A DNA stretch of 64,000 bases from Synechococcus sp. (lineage in GTDB: Bacteria > Cyanobacteriota > Cyanobacteriia > PCC-6307 > Cyanobiaceae): contig JBJBDL010000003.1 in the NCBI GenBank assembly GCA_047285305.1, positions 96,001 to 160,000 of the forward strand. Reading direction: 5' to 3'. Numbering within the stretch: position 1 is the stretch's first letter; each line of letters starts with the position of its first letter. The translations under genes and the position numbers were made by a program. The notes beneath the pieces were generated by a model that did not search any database, was not told the DNA's origin, and worked only from the letters and a program-made list of their open reading frames with translations. Below are positions 44,079 to 54,388 of this stretch, piece after piece.

Positions 44079-45374
44079 ATGGCACCGTTCGCACCGTTCA
44101 GCTGGTTTCGCTCCGGGGGCGCTGAAGCCAATTTCCGGACAGGATTGTCTGGCAAAGCGTCCCTGGATGAAGCCGTCCGGGATGTGGTCGAGCAACTGGG
44201 CCGATGTAAAGGCGAAGCCGATCTCGCCCTCGTCTTCACCTCCACGGGTTACGCCACCGACCTGCCGCGCCTGCTGCCGATGCTGCGCGCCCTGATCAGC
44301 GCGAAGCATTGGATCGGATGCACAGGTGGCGGCGTGGTGGGCACCCGCGGCGACGGCAGCGCCTCGGAACTGGAGCAGACACCTGCTTTGAGCGTGACGC
44401 TGCTCTCCCTGCCAGGTGCATCGATTGCCACCCAACACCTGAGCACAGAGGACCTGCCTGATCTGGATGGAGCCGCCCAGCAATGGCAAGACTGGGTTGG
44501 CATCACCCCCGAGGCTGCCCGCAGCCAGATCCTGCTGATCGACCCCACCAGCAATGGAATCAATGACCTGATCAGCGGGCTGGACTACGCCTATCCGAGT
44601 GCCGAAAAGATTGGCGGCATCGCCGCACCCCACAACAGCCCGCACGGATCGCTGCTGCTGGATGACCACGTCGTCACCGGCGCAGTGGTGTGTTCCATCG
44701 GAGGGAGCTGGCGGCTTGAAACCGTTGTGGCTCAGGGCTGCCGCCCCATCGGCCCGGTCTTCTCAATCGAGCAGGTGCAGCGCAACGTGTTGATGCAACT
44801 GAGTGATGGCAGCACCAAAGCCAGCCCCATCAATTGCCTGCAACGGGTGCTAGCCGACCTCAGCGAACGGGAGCGCGAACTGGTGCGTCACTCGTTGTTC
44901 CTCGGTGTGGAACGCAGCAGCCTGCGGCTGAACGCCAACGGAGGAGCCTCAGAAGCGAGCGCCTTCCTGATCCGCAACCTGATCGGAGTCGATCCCAACA
45001 ATGGCGCCGTGGCCGTTGCTGAGCGGGTGCGCGCCGGCCAAAACGTGCAATTTCACCTGCGCGAAGCCACGGCTTCCCAGGACGAAGCCGTTGCCCTGCT
45101 CAAAGCAGCGATAGCTGATTCAAGCGACACGGTCTATTTCGGACTGCTCATGGCCTGCCTGGGACGGGGCCAGGGGCTATTTGGTCATTCCGATGGCGAC
45201 ATCAGCCTGGCGCGTCAACTGATGCCAGACCTGCCGGTGGCGGGAGCGTTCTGCAACGGTGAGATCGGCCCCGTCGGCGGGACAACACATTTGCATGGCT
45301 ATGCCGCCTGCTGGGGCTTGCTGCGACAGGACCCCGACAGCTCCTCTGGCAGTGGCTCTGACAATCTCGATTGA
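44079..45374 (+). CDS. FIST domain signal-transduction protein
   Basis: IGCTGGGVVG, GGIA, VAQGCRPIG, QFHLR, CLGRG, GAFCNGEIGP and LHGY; start ATG 44079. Confidence 0.9.
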   Translation: MAPFAPFSWFRSGGAEANFRTGLSGKASLDEAVRDVVEQLGRCKGEADLALVFTSTGYATDLPRLLPMLRALISAKHWIGCTGGGVVGTRGDGSASELEQTPALSVTLLSLPGASIATQHLSTEDLPDLDGAAQQWQDWVGITPEAARSQILLIDPTSNGINDLISGLDYAYPSAEKIGGIAAPHNSPHGSLLLDDHVVTGAVVCSIGGSWRLETVVAQGCRPIGPVFSIEQVQRNVLMQLSDGSTKASPINCLQRVLADLSERERELVRHSLFLGVERSSLRLNANGGASEASAFLIRNLIGVDPNNGAVAVAERVRAGQNVQFHLREATASQDEAVALLKAAIADSSDTVYFGLLMACLGRGQGLFGHSDGDISLARQLMPDLPVAGAFCNGEIGPVGGTTHLHGYAACWGLLRQDPDSSSGSGSDNLD

Positions 45375-45398
45375 ACCGGATCGCACCGCTTCAGAACC

Positions 45399-46103
45399 TT
45401 GCGTCAGCACGTCAATCCCCTCAGCAGCTTCTTCCAGTTACCGCTGGAACTACCACCACCCGAGCAGCTGTTTCGCGTTCCTGATCAGCCGATCCACCTT
45501 GATATCGGCTGCGCCCGTGGACGGTGCCTGCTGGGCCTGGCCAAGCGTGATCCCCACTGGAATCATCTCGGCGTTGAAATCCGCCGACCGCTGGTGACGT
45601 CTGCCGATCAAGACGCGCTCGCCTCGGAGCACGGCAATGTTCGGATCCTGTTCTGCAACGCCAACATCAGCCTGGAAGGCTGGATGAAAGCCCTGAAGCA
45701 GGACCGACTGCAACGGGTATCGATCCAATTCCCCGATCCCTGGTTCAAACGAAGGCACCACAAGCGCCGTGTCCTGCAACCCGCGCTGCTCCTGGCCATC
45801 GCAACGGCCCTCCAACCAGGCCGTGAGCTGTTTCTGCAGAGCGATGTTCTGGACGTGATTGAGCCGATGGTGGCTCTCACCGAACTCAGCACCTGTTTTG
45901 ACCGCCCCGCCAAGGACCAACGTCCCTGGCGCGCCAGCAACCCGCTTTCGGTTCCCACGGAACGGGAGCGCTACGTGCTTGAGCAAAACATCCCCATCTA
46001 CCGGGTGCTCTATCGACGGAACCAGAATCCACTTCCTTCCGTGTCAGATCTGGAACAGCACTGGCAGGAGATCGATAATCCGGCGGAAGCACTCACCACC
46101 TGA
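45399..46103 (+). CDS. trmB: tRNA (guanine-N7)-methyltransferase
   Basis: [35 protein letters not shown] and PTERE. Confidence 0.96.
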   Translation: MRQHVNPLSSFFQLPLELPPPEQLFRVPDQPIHLDIGCARGRCLLGLAKRDPHWNHLGVEIRRPLVTSADQDALASEHGNVRILFCNANISLEGWMKALKQDRLQRVSIQFPDPWFKRRHHKRRVLQPALLLAIATALQPGRELFLQSDVLDVIEPMVALTELSTCFDRPAKDQRPWRASNPLSVPTERERYVLEQNIPIYRVLYRRNQNPLPSVSDLEQHWQEIDNPAEALTT

Positions 46104-46112
46104 AGCCCCACG

Positions 46113-47429
46113 ATGGCCTCTGCGGATGCAACCCGGGCGGCGAGCGGTGGGGCCTTGTTGGTGCGCTGGCAGGGGTTGATCACTCCGGATCAGGCGGTGC
46201 TGAAACGCCTTGAAAGGCTGGCGGGACTCCTGCTGCTGGCGTTGTTCACGGGTCTTCCTTTCTTCACACGCACAGGCCTGGCCCTGGTGATTGCAGCCTG
46301 CGGCGTTCTGTGGCTGCTCTGGTGCCTCTGCAGTCCGCCACCACAGCGCATCGGAACCATCTCGCGCTGGCTGATGCTTTTTCTTGCCATCGCGATTGTG
46401 GCCACGGGGTGTTCTCCAGTTCCAATCGCCGCCAGCAAAGGCCTGATCAAACTGCTCAGCTACCTGGGCGTTTATGCCTTGCTCTGCAAACTACTGCTGA
46501 GCAACACCCGATGGTGGGACCGGCTGATCGCCGGACTGCTGAGTGGCGGCCTGTTCAGCAGTGTTCTGGCTTTGCGACAGCTGTATGCCTCCAGCGAGGA
46601 ACTGGCAGGCTGGGCCGATCCGAATTCCATCAGCACCGGCACAATTCGGATCTATGGCCCCCTGGAAAACCCCAACCTCCTGGCGGGTTACCTGCTGCCG
46701 CTGATTCCCTTCGCAGCGATCGCACTGGTGCGCTGGCGTGGTGTGGGAGCCCAGCTGTTTGGCGGAACCACACTGGTGTTGGCAGCAACAGCCACACTGT
46801 TTACCTACAGCCGCGGCGGCTGGCTGGGGACGGTTGCTGCCTGTACCGTGCTGCTGTTGTTGCTGCTGCTTCGCTGGACACGCCACTGGCCTCCGATCTG
46901 GAGACGTGTGGTGCCTCTGGCCGTGCTGCTGATTGGAGCAACTTGCCTTGTGGTGGCGGGCACCCAGATCGATCCGATCCGCACACGCATCACCAGCCTG
47001 CTGGCGGGACGGTTGGATAGTTCCAACAATTTCCGCATCAACGTCTGGATGGCGGCCATCCAGATGGTGCAAGACCGTCCCTGGTTGGGCATCGGCCCTG
47101 GCAATACGGCGTTCAACAGCATCTATCCCCTATATCAGCAACCGAAGTTCAACGCCCTTAGTGCCTACTCCGTTCCCTTGGAAATCCTGGTGGAAACAGG
47201 CATTCCCGGGCTGCTGGCCTGCCTGGGATTGCTGGCCAGCTGCCTGAGGCAGGGCCTCAGGCAGCTCAATGTCGATGCTCCAAGCGCCCTGGCATCCATC
47301 TCCAGCCTCGCTGCCATCGCTGGCCTGCTGATGCAGGGCAGCACCGACACGATCTTCTTTCGCCCCGAAGTGCAGCTGATCGGCTGGCTTGCTCTGGCCA
47401 GCCTGGTGAGTCGAGCCAGAGAATCATGA
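46113..47429 (+). CDS. ictB: IctB family (O-antigen ligase/Wzy_C-like) membrane protein
   Basis: NPNLLAGYL, TYSRGGW, DSSNNFRINVW, GIGPGN and ALSAYS. Confidence 0.9.
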   Translation: MASADATRAASGGALLVRWQGLITPDQAVLKRLERLAGLLLLALFTGLPFFTRTGLALVIAACGVLWLLWCLCSPPPQRIGTISRWLMLFLAIAIVATGCSPVPIAASKGLIKLLSYLGVYALLCKLLLSNTRWWDRLIAGLLSGGLFSSVLALRQLYASSEELAGWADPNSISTGTIRIYGPLENPNLLAGYLLPLIPFAAIALVRWRGVGAQLFGGTTLVLAATATLFTYSRGGWLGTVAACTVLLLLLLLRWTRHWPPIWRRVVPLAVLLIGATCLVVAGTQIDPIRTRITSLLAGRLDSSNNFRINVWMAAIQMVQDRPWLGIGPGNTAFNSIYPLYQQPKFNALSAYSVPLEILVETGIPGLLACLGLLASCLRQGLRQLNVDAPSALASISSLAAIAGLLMQGSTDTIFFRPEVQLIGWLALASLVSRARES

Positions 47430-48379
47430 GACTGCTCGCTGGATTCGATGCCGGACAGACGCACACCCGCTGCCGCCTCAGCGTGGTTCAAAACGGCTTG
47501 CACCAGCCTGTTGGGGAAGGCAAGGGCCCCGGAGTCAGCCACCTGGATGCCCCACAGGGTGAACGTCGTTTCCTCGAGGCGATCAGCACTAGTGCGCAGC
47601 AGGCCCTCAACAATCACCCCGATGGCGTGATCCAAGCGGCCGTTGTGGGAGCCAGCGGCATCGAACACGGAACAGCGTTGCAACAGCGTGCTGAACGTTT
47701 GGTGGGGCAAGCCCTGGCCATCAGTGATGACACAGGGTTGACCAAGGTGCTGGTCACTGGAGACGAACGCACCGCCTTGCGAGGTGCGATCCCTGAAGGC
47801 GCAGGAATCCTGGCGATCAGCGGCACCGGAATGATCGTGCTGGGCCGAGACGAGTATGGCCATGAACACCGCTGTGGCGGCTGGGGATGGCTACTCGATG
47901 GAGCCGGCTCGGCCTTTGATCTCGGCCACCAGGGATTGCAGCTGACCCTGCGCATGGCCGATGGGCGCCTACCCGACCATCCGCTGCGCCTGCAGATCTG
48001 GAATCAGATGGGCTGCGACAGCCACGCCGAAGTGAAAACCCGGGTGGTTCAGCAGGACTTCGGCACGGCGGACGTCGCGGCCTTGGCTCCACTGGTGGTG
48101 GAAGCAGCAGCCAAGGACTGCCCGGGTGCGGAGGAGATCGTTCAGGGCTCGGCAGCAGCCCTCTCCAGCTGCATCAGCACCGTGGCCCAGCAGCTTTCCC
48201 TGCACTCCCCCCTGGTGGTCTGCCATGGGGGAGCCGTCACCCATCTCCAGGGGTTCCGCACTGCCGTGCAACAGGCCATCCATAAGTCGATTCCCGAAGC
48301 CCGATGGGGCAAGGCCAAGGGCGATGCCTGTGATGGCGCCCTCCTGATGGCCGAGGTCTTAAACCTCAGGCCGCGTTGA
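47426..48379 (+). CDS. BadF/BadG/BcrA/BcrD-type sugar kinase (N-acetylglucosamine kinase-like)
   Basis: GFDAGQTHT, ISGTG and GGWGWLLDGAGSA. Confidence 0.85.
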   Translation: MRLLAGFDAGQTHTRCRLSVVQNGLHQPVGEGKGPGVSHLDAPQGERRFLEAISTSAQQALNNHPDGVIQAAVVGASGIEHGTALQQRAERLVGQALAISDDTGLTKVLVTGDERTALRGAIPEGAGILAISGTGMIVLGRDEYGHEHRCGGWGWLLDGAGSAFDLGHQGLQLTLRMADGRLPDHPLRLQIWNQMGCDSHAEVKTRVVQQDFGTADVAALAPLVVEAAAKDCPGAEEIVQGSAAALSSCISTVAQQLSLHSPLVVCHGGAVTHLQGFRTAVQQAIHKSIPEARWGKAKGDACDGALLMAEVLNLRPR

Positions 48380-49760
48380 GATGGCCCTCGGCAACGGCGG
48401 CCAGATGCCCCGTCCAATGCTCCACAGCGTCCGACTGCTTGGCTTCCACCATCACCCGCAACACGGGCTCCGTGCCACTGGCCCGCACCAAAATGCGACC
48501 GGTCTCGCCCATCGACTGCTCCGCTGAAGCAATGGCGTCGGTGAGAGCAGTGCAGGCACTCCAGTTCTTACGGCGCAAACGGTCCATCACCCGCACATTG
48601 ACCAATTTCTGCGGATAGGCCTGGAAACTGCGGTCCAACCAATCGCTGAGGCTGATGCCCTGGGCATGGCACAAGGTGGCCAACTGCACGGCGGTCAGCA
48701 CACCATCGCCACACAGCCCATGGGAGGCGGAAAGGATGTGACCGGATTGTTCTCCACCAAGGCCCGCGCCACTGGCCACCATGGCGGCATGGACGTGCTG
48801 ATCTCCCACCGGCGTGCGATCGAGGGTGCCGCCCCGCTGCTGCCAGGCCCGCTCAAAGCCAAGGTTCGACATCACAGTGGCCACCAACCGCTGATCGGGG
48901 AGCGCCTGCTGCTCCTGCAGCACGGATCCCCAGAGGAACAGCACGTGGTCGCCGTCGATGATGCGGCCGCGGCCGTCCACCGCCAGCATCCGATCAGCAT
49001 CACCGTCAAAGGCAAAACCCATTGCCGCGCCGCGCGCGATCACAGCCCGTTGCAGCGGTTCCAAATGGGTTGACCCGCAGGCCACGTTGATGCGGGAGCC
49101 ATCGGGTTCCCCATGGAGCACGGTGAGATCAGCCCCCAGGGCACGGAAGGCATCGGCACCGCACGCCGTCGCGGATCCCCAGCAAAGGTCCAAAACAATG
49201 GGAACGCCATCCAGTCGCCGTTCAGCCACCGATTGCTGCAACACCTCTCTGTAGCCATCCAGGAGATCGGCGCTGGATCGCGCCACACCGCAGCGGAATG
49301 TTGCTTGCTCAGCCATCGGCGTCTGCCCCTGCAGACCGGCTTCCACCTGGGCTTGACGGGAGGCGCTGAGTTTGGCGCCATCGGCCCCAAACACTTTGAT
49401 GCCGTTGTCTGCAGGGGGGTTATGACTGGCGGAGACCATCAACCCGCCGGCGGCCCCCAGCTGGCGAATCAACAACGGAACCGCCGGCGTCGGACAGAGC
49501 CCAAGGGTCCACACATCGCGACCAGCGGCCGTCAAGCCAGCCGTCAGGGCAGCAACCACCATGCTGCCGCTGGCCCGGGAGTCCATCCCGATTAGAACAG
49601 GACCTTCCGCCTGCAGAACCCGACCGACCCAGTAGCCCACCTGAAGACATAGTGCGGGGGTGAGAACCGTGCCGGCGAGCCCACGGATCCCATCGGTTCC
49701 AAACCCTGGCGCAGCGTCACCGAGAGCGGGGCCGATCGGGGAGCACGCCTTTTGAACCAT
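48366..49760 (-). CDS. glmM: Phosphoglucosamine mutase
   Basis: FGTDGIRG, SASHNP, FDGDADR, GGEQSGH and RASGTEP. Confidence 0.95.
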   Translation of the reverse strand: MVQKACSPIGPALGDAAPGFGTDGIRGLAGTVLTPALCLQVGYWVGRVLQAEGPVLIGMDSRASGSMVVAALTAGLTAAGRDVWTLGLCPTPAVPLLIRQLGAAGGLMVSASHNPPADNGIKVFGADGAKLSASRQAQVEAGLQGQTPMAEQATFRCGVARSSADLLDGYREVLQQSVAERRLDGVPIVLDLCWGSATACGADAFRALGADLTVLHGEPDGSRINVACGSTHLEPLQRAVIARGAAMGFAFDGDADRMLAVDGRGRIIDGDHVLFLWGSVLQEQQALPDQRLVATVMSNLGFERAWQQRGGTLDRTPVGDQHVHAAMVASGAGLGGEQSGHILSASHGLCGDGVLTAVQLATLCHAQGISLSDWLDRSFQAYPQKLVNVRVMDRLRRKNWSACTALTDAIASAEQSMGETGRILVRASGTEPVLRVMVEAKQSDAVEHWTGHLAAVAEGHLNAA

Positions 49761-49817
49761 GGGTCTCAATCGTGGACAGCACCATAGGAAGCGCCTCTGA
49801 GGCTGATTCCCAAGGAC

Positions 49818-52043
49818 GTGACAGGTGCAGCTCTGCCCTCCACGGCTTGCAAGCGATCAAAGGCTCTCCAACTCTCTTTGAAGCATCAGAATGAAACGAG
49901 CTCCAGGTTGGGTGTGCAGGCAGGGCCGCGAATAGGAACGCTGCTGCTGCTTTCGGTTGCTGGTTTCAGTGGGTTGGCTGCATTGGGCGGGCAGCTGCTG
50001 CTGAACAAGCAGCAGCTGCGCCTCACGCCTGAGGTCTCGCAGGCAAGGCTCTGGCAGCACTACCGCTGGGCCATCGATCCGCAGACCCGTCGAGAGGCCG
50101 CCCTGTTGATGGTGGCCAGGGATGGTTCACCGCAACTGCTCCATGGCCAAGCCTGGGGACACGATCCGATGGCGGCCGTGGTGCTCGAACGTGCAGCCCT
50201 CACCGCCGCCGCCCAGGGCAAGCCATCGGACGCTGCTGAGACCTGGCAACTCCTGTTGGATCGCTTCCCCGAAGCACCCGGCTCCGCTTGGGGTCGATTG
50301 GCGCTTGGCAACAACAACCCCGTTCTTCATCAGCAGCTTCTCCAGCAGCAACCAGCGCACCCCGCAGCACTGACCTTGGCGGCTCGGGATGGCTCCGAAG
50401 CGCTGGCAAGCCATCGAGGCGCCCTGCACCTGGCCCGATGGAATGCGCGCCGAGCCGGCGCGCTTGGGCTGATGCGTGATGCCTGCCAGGCCACGGGGGC
50501 GCAGGCACCTCAACCCAACCAACGCCAAACCTTGGCGCAAGCACTGGCAAAACAAGGCCATGCAGACACCGCACTGATCTGTCTTCAGGAGCTTGAGGCC
50601 TCCCCAGAGACCCAGCTGGCCATCGGTCGTTCCCTGCTGCTGCATGGCGACCCTGGTGCGGGTACAGCCCGGCTGCTGACCCTGGCGCAGAGCCACCCAA
50701 ACCACCCCGCCAGCCTTGAAGCAGCACGGATCTTGAGCGAACCGATCAATGCCCAGCCTGGTGTTCTGGATGCCCTTCCGGCTGCCCTGGAGGAGCGCTC
50801 AGCCGCTGTTGCAGCAGCTCGCGTGCGACTCGCCGGCGGCGATGGGGCGGATGCCGCCCTGAGCCGCTGGCCCAACGACCCCGATATCTGGCAACTCCAA
50901 TGGGACCTCGCCCGCGAGGCATTTCTAGCTGGAGAATGGGATCGTGCCCGGGCCCTGCTGGAACGCCCCAATGAGGATGGCCCTCTGCCTCCACCGTTGG
51001 AGACGCGGCGGCTGTTCTGGCTGGGGTTTAGCCACAAGCAACTCGGCGAAACGACAAAGGCAGAACGCACCTGGCGCCGCATGATCGGGGCCTTCCCCGG
51101 GGGCTACTACCGATGGCGCGCCATGGAGCACCTGGGTGTGGCCGAACCTCTGGATTTGCGAACCCCAGCCCCACCGCAAGAGTCCCCAACCTGGCAACCG
51201 CTCAACAGCCACAACAACCTGGTGAACGAGCTTTGGCGCCTGGACCAGGTGCACGCCGCCTGGGAGGCCTGGCAGGCCCAGGCAGATCCTTTAGTCCCAC
51301 CGCCACCCGAGGAACTTCTCGCCGAAGGCAGGCTGCGCCTTGCCGTCGGGGACACCTGGATGGGACTGGACCAGCTCTGGGGGCTCAGCCTCCGCTGGCG
51401 TGATCCGAGCTGCCATCAACGGACTCTTCTGCATCGCAGCCAATTCCCTCGCCTCTTCGAAGCTGAGATACAGACAGCGGCACAGCAAGAAAAGATTCAG
51501 GCCAATCTGCTACGAGCGATCGCCAAGCAGGAATCACGCTTCGCTCCTGGTGTCGTCTCCCCTGCTGGAGCCGTTGGCGTGATGCAATTGCTGCCCTCCA
51601 CAGCCACAGAGATGGCTGGCGCACCGACCAGCACGCCGATGCTCAAGGATCCCGCCAACAATTTCGAACTGGGCGCGCGCTACCTCAACCACTTACTGGA
51701 GCAATGGGAGAACGACCCCCTTCGCAGCATTGCCAGCTACAACGCCGGGCCCAGTGCCGTGGCCTCTTGGGTGCAACCCACGGATCAAGACGACGATGAG
51801 CTCTGGGTGGAACGCATTCCTTACCCGGAAACACGCTTCTACACCAAGAAAGTGCTCGACAATCTGCTCGGCTACCTAGGCGGCAATCAATCCTTCTGCA
51901 AAGAAACTGGCGGTGGGGTAAGGCAGAAGCGTGCCGGCGAAGACGCCACCGAACACGACCAAACCGATCAGAAGCAGGCAGATCCCAGCGGCGGGCAGAA
52001 CACCGATGCGGATGAGATCGAGCCTGGCCAACAGCACGGCTGA
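49818..52043 (+). CDS. Soluble lytic transglycosylase (Slt) domain protein
   Basis: N-terminal transmembrane segment and helical repeats; AKQESRF (catalytic Glu), GVMQL, YNAGP and ETRFY. Start may lie further downstream. Confidence 0.9.
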   Translation: MTGAALPSTACKRSKALQLSLKHQNETSSRLGVQAGPRIGTLLLLSVAGFSGLAALGGQLLLNKQQLRLTPEVSQARLWQHYRWAIDPQTRREAALLMVARDGSPQLLHGQAWGHDPMAAVVLERAALTAAAQGKPSDAAETWQLLLDRFPEAPGSAWGRLALGNNNPVLHQQLLQQQPAHPAALTLAARDGSEALASHRGALHLARWNARRAGALGLMRDACQATGAQAPQPNQRQTLAQALAKQGHADTALICLQELEASPETQLAIGRSLLLHGDPGAGTARLLTLAQSHPNHPASLEAARILSEPINAQPGVLDALPAALEERSAAVAAARVRLAGGDGADAALSRWPNDPDIWQLQWDLAREAFLAGEWDRARALLERPNEDGPLPPPLETRRLFWLGFSHKQLGETTKAERTWRRMIGAFPGGYYRWRAMEHLGVAEPLDLRTPAPPQESPTWQPLNSHNNLVNELWRLDQVHAAWEAWQAQADPLVPPPPEELLAEGRLRLAVGDTWMGLDQLWGLSLRWRDPSCHQRTLLHRSQFPRLFEAEIQTAAQQEKIQANLLRAIAKQESRFAPGVVSPAGAVGVMQLLPSTATEMAGAPTSTPMLKDPANNFELGARYLNHLLEQWENDPLRSIASYNAGPSAVASWVQPTDQDDDELWVERIPYPETRFYTKKVLDNLLGYLGGNQSFCKETGGGVRQKRAGEDATEHDQTDQKQADPSGGQNTDADEIEPGQQHG

Positions 52044-52379
52044 GGCCAGGATCAACACATCGGTCAGCACATTGAGCTTCAAAAGGTATATGCCACCGGT
52101 GATCACCACCAGCAGCGTGACCACCAACGTCATCACCCGGCTCGACGCCATCAGCAACGACACCTGTCGCAACAGCAGATCTGGAATGGTGCAGACGACG
52201 ACAACCACCTGGGTCTGCAACAGCACGAAACCCCAGAACCAGGCCGCACTCACGCCATAGAGAGATGTGAAGGAGGGCTGAACAATCTGCCAATGGTTGC
52301 CGAGCACAACCGCAACGAGAAACAGCACCGTCAGCAACGGCGCCCGAACCGGAAGGCTCAGCAGTCGCAGGATTGGCAT
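51876..52379 (-). CDS. Hypothetical membrane protein
   Basis: Strongly hydrophobic 167-aa ORF (MPILRLLSLPVRAPLL...CTIPDLLLRQ...LARLDLIR). Confidence 0.65.
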   Translation of the reverse strand: MPILRLLSLPVRAPLLTVLFLVAVVLGNHWQIVQPSFTSLYGVSAAWFWGFVLLQTQVVVVVCTIPDLLLRQVSLLMASSRVMTLVVTLLVVITGGIYLLKLNVLTDVLILASAVLLARLDLIRIGVLPAAGICLLLIGLVVFGGVFAGTLLPYPTASFFAEGLIAA

Positions 52380-52442
52380 GAAGTCAAAGTAGCGACGGCC
52401 TTTCGAAGGAGCTGCCAGAGTGAGCACTGCGGTTGATGTGCG

Positions 52443-53018
52443 ATGACAGGCACCCCGGAGTCTTCGCCCCTGGGCACAGCGCAGCGATGGGTGCTGGTGC
52501 TGATTGCGGTGGCTCTGGCCATTGGCCTTGTTGTCCTACGTAGTGGCATTCAGAGCGAAAGCCCGATGGAGCAGCTGGCGAGACGATCCCTCGACCCCCA
52601 AACGGCGTTAACCAACGGACGTCCAACGCTGATCGAGTTCTACGCCGATTGGTGCCAGGTTTGCAGAGAGATGGCGCCTTCGATGTTGGATTTGGAGAAG
52701 CAATCGCGCGATCGACTCGATATTGTTCTGGTGAACGTCGACAACCCCCGTTGGCAAGACCTTGTTGATCGCTACGACGTCAACGGCATTCCACAGTTGA
52801 ATCTATTCAACGCTGAGGGGGAGACCAAGGGGCGATCTCTCGGTTTGCGCAGCGCAGAAGAACTCCAGCTGCTCACCATGGCACTTCTTGAAAATCAGCC
52901 TTTGCCGGCCTTGCCTGGTGTCGGCAACATCAGCCAGCTGCTAACGCCCCCCTCTGCGAACAAGGCGCTGGCAGGTGCCTGGAGCCCTGCCAGCGCGCGG
53001 CCCCGCAGCCATGGTTGA
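52443..53018 (+). CDS. Membrane-anchored thioredoxin-like protein (TxlA/HCF164 type)
   Basis: N-terminal transmembrane segment; EFYADWCQVC, NVDNPRW and GIP. Confidence 0.88.
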   Translation: MTGTPESSPLGTAQRWVLVLIAVALAIGLVVLRSGIQSESPMEQLARRSLDPQTALTNGRPTLIEFYADWCQVCREMAPSMLDLEKQSRDRLDIVLVNVDNPRWQDLVDRYDVNGIPQLNLFNAEGETKGRSLGLRSAEELQLLTMALLENQPLPALPGVGNISQLLTPPSANKALAGAWSPASARPRSHG

Positions 53019-53062
53019 CGCGCCTCGCCATGATCACCACAACTCGTCACTCTGACGCTCCC

Positions 53063-53785
53063 ATGGATCGCTTTCAGGTCGATCTGATCGCAGCTACGCC
53101 GAACCCGCAACAATGCGTGTACGCCGCCATGCATCAGGACTACAGCGAAGGGTTCGTGGCAGGAGATCGTGCCAACTGGCCCGATGAGCAGCGAGCTGGA
53201 GAGATCTGTGTGAAACGCCTGCTGTCTGGAGAACGCGGCCACTACGGCCCGATGGAGCATGCGCAGATCGTGCTGAACGTGGGCTGGTTCCCACACTCAG
53301 TGATGCAGCAGGCCCGCACCCATCGGGTTGGGGTGAGCTTCGATGTGCAATCGATGCGCTACACCGGTGAACGCATCTGCCGTGCAGCGGATGGAGCCCT
53401 GGACCTCGAAGAGGTGTTTTATCTGCGGCCTGTCGGCGAGTACAGCGATCGACAGGGCAAGAAATACGCCTACACCGAAGCGCTACGTCAACAGGACCTC
53501 GATCTGTGCCGAAGCGCTGCCGAGCGCTACAGGGATCTGCTCAAGGCCGGCTTCTCCGAAGAGCATGCCCGCGGCATCCTTCCCTTCGACTACCGCCAGC
53601 ACTTTGTGGTGAGCTTCAGCCTGCGAGCGTTTCTGCACTTCATGGATCTGCGGGCCAAACTTGATGCCCAGCTGGAGATCCGCCAGCTCTGCGATCTGAT
53701 GTGGCCCCACATGGTGGAGTGGGCTCCTGAATTCGCAGCCTGGTACGAAAAAAGCAGGCTGCACCGGGCGCGTTTAGCTCCCTAA
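53063..53785 (+). CDS. thyX: FAD-dependent thymidylate synthase
   Basis: GHYGPMEH, RTHRVGVSFDVQSMRY, EHARGILP and AQLEIR; start ATG 53063. Confidence 0.93.
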   Translation: MDRFQVDLIAATPNPQQCVYAAMHQDYSEGFVAGDRANWPDEQRAGEICVKRLLSGERGHYGPMEHAQIVLNVGWFPHSVMQQARTHRVGVSFDVQSMRYTGERICRAADGALDLEEVFYLRPVGEYSDRQGKKYAYTEALRQQDLDLCRSAAERYRDLLKAGFSEEHARGILPFDYRQHFVVSFSLRAFLHFMDLRAKLDAQLEIRQLCDLMWPHMVEWAPEFAAWYEKSRLHRARLAP

Positions 53786-53794
53786 TCAAGAGGT

Positions 53795-54388
53795 CTATAC
53801 CTTGGCCAGCGTCACTCTCTCTGGCTGGTGCTGGTACTTGCCTTGTCGATCGCTGTAGGTGGTCGAGCAGGGATCACCCTCGAAAAACAGCAGTTGACAG
53901 ATGCCTTCATCCGCATAAATCCGGCAGTCAGCGCCGGAACTGTTGCTGAATTCAAGGGTGAGGTGACCCTCCCAGCTCGCTTCAGCAGGGGTGGTGTTCA
54001 CGATGATTCCAAGGCGGGCATAAGTGCTTTTGCCCAAACAGATCACGGTGATGTTGGGGGGAACCCGCAGCTTCTCCAACGCCACACCGAGGCCATAAGA
54101 ATGCGCCGGAAGGATGAAGTAGCGCCCGTCTTCATCCTCATGAAGGGGAGTGGGCTCGAGATTGGCCGGGTTGAACCGCTTGGGATTCATCACCGTGCCA
54201 GGAACATGCCGGAAGATCAGAAATTCCTGAGGAGACAGGCGCAGGTCGTAGCCATAGGACGAGCAACCGAAACTCAGTACCGGTCGCAGCTTCTGCTCCG
54301 GCTCAAGGTGACGGACCAAACCGCTCTGGAATGGCTCGATCATTCCCTGCCCGGCCTGTTCAGTGATCCAGCGATCGCACTTGAGCAT
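53795..54388 (-). CDS. dcd: dCTP deaminase
   Basis: SSYGYDLR, GKSTYARLG, TPAEASWEGHLTLE and GKYQ. Confidence 0.95.
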   Translation of the reverse strand: MLKCDRWITEQAGQGMIEPFQSGLVRHLEPEQKLRPVLSFGCSSYGYDLRLSPQEFLIFRHVPGTVMNPKRFNPANLEPTPLHEDEDGRYFILPAHSYGLGVALEKLRVPPNITVICLGKSTYARLGIIVNTTPAEASWEGHLTLEFSNSSGADCRIYADEGICQLLFFEGDPCSTTYSDRQGKYQHQPERVTLAKV

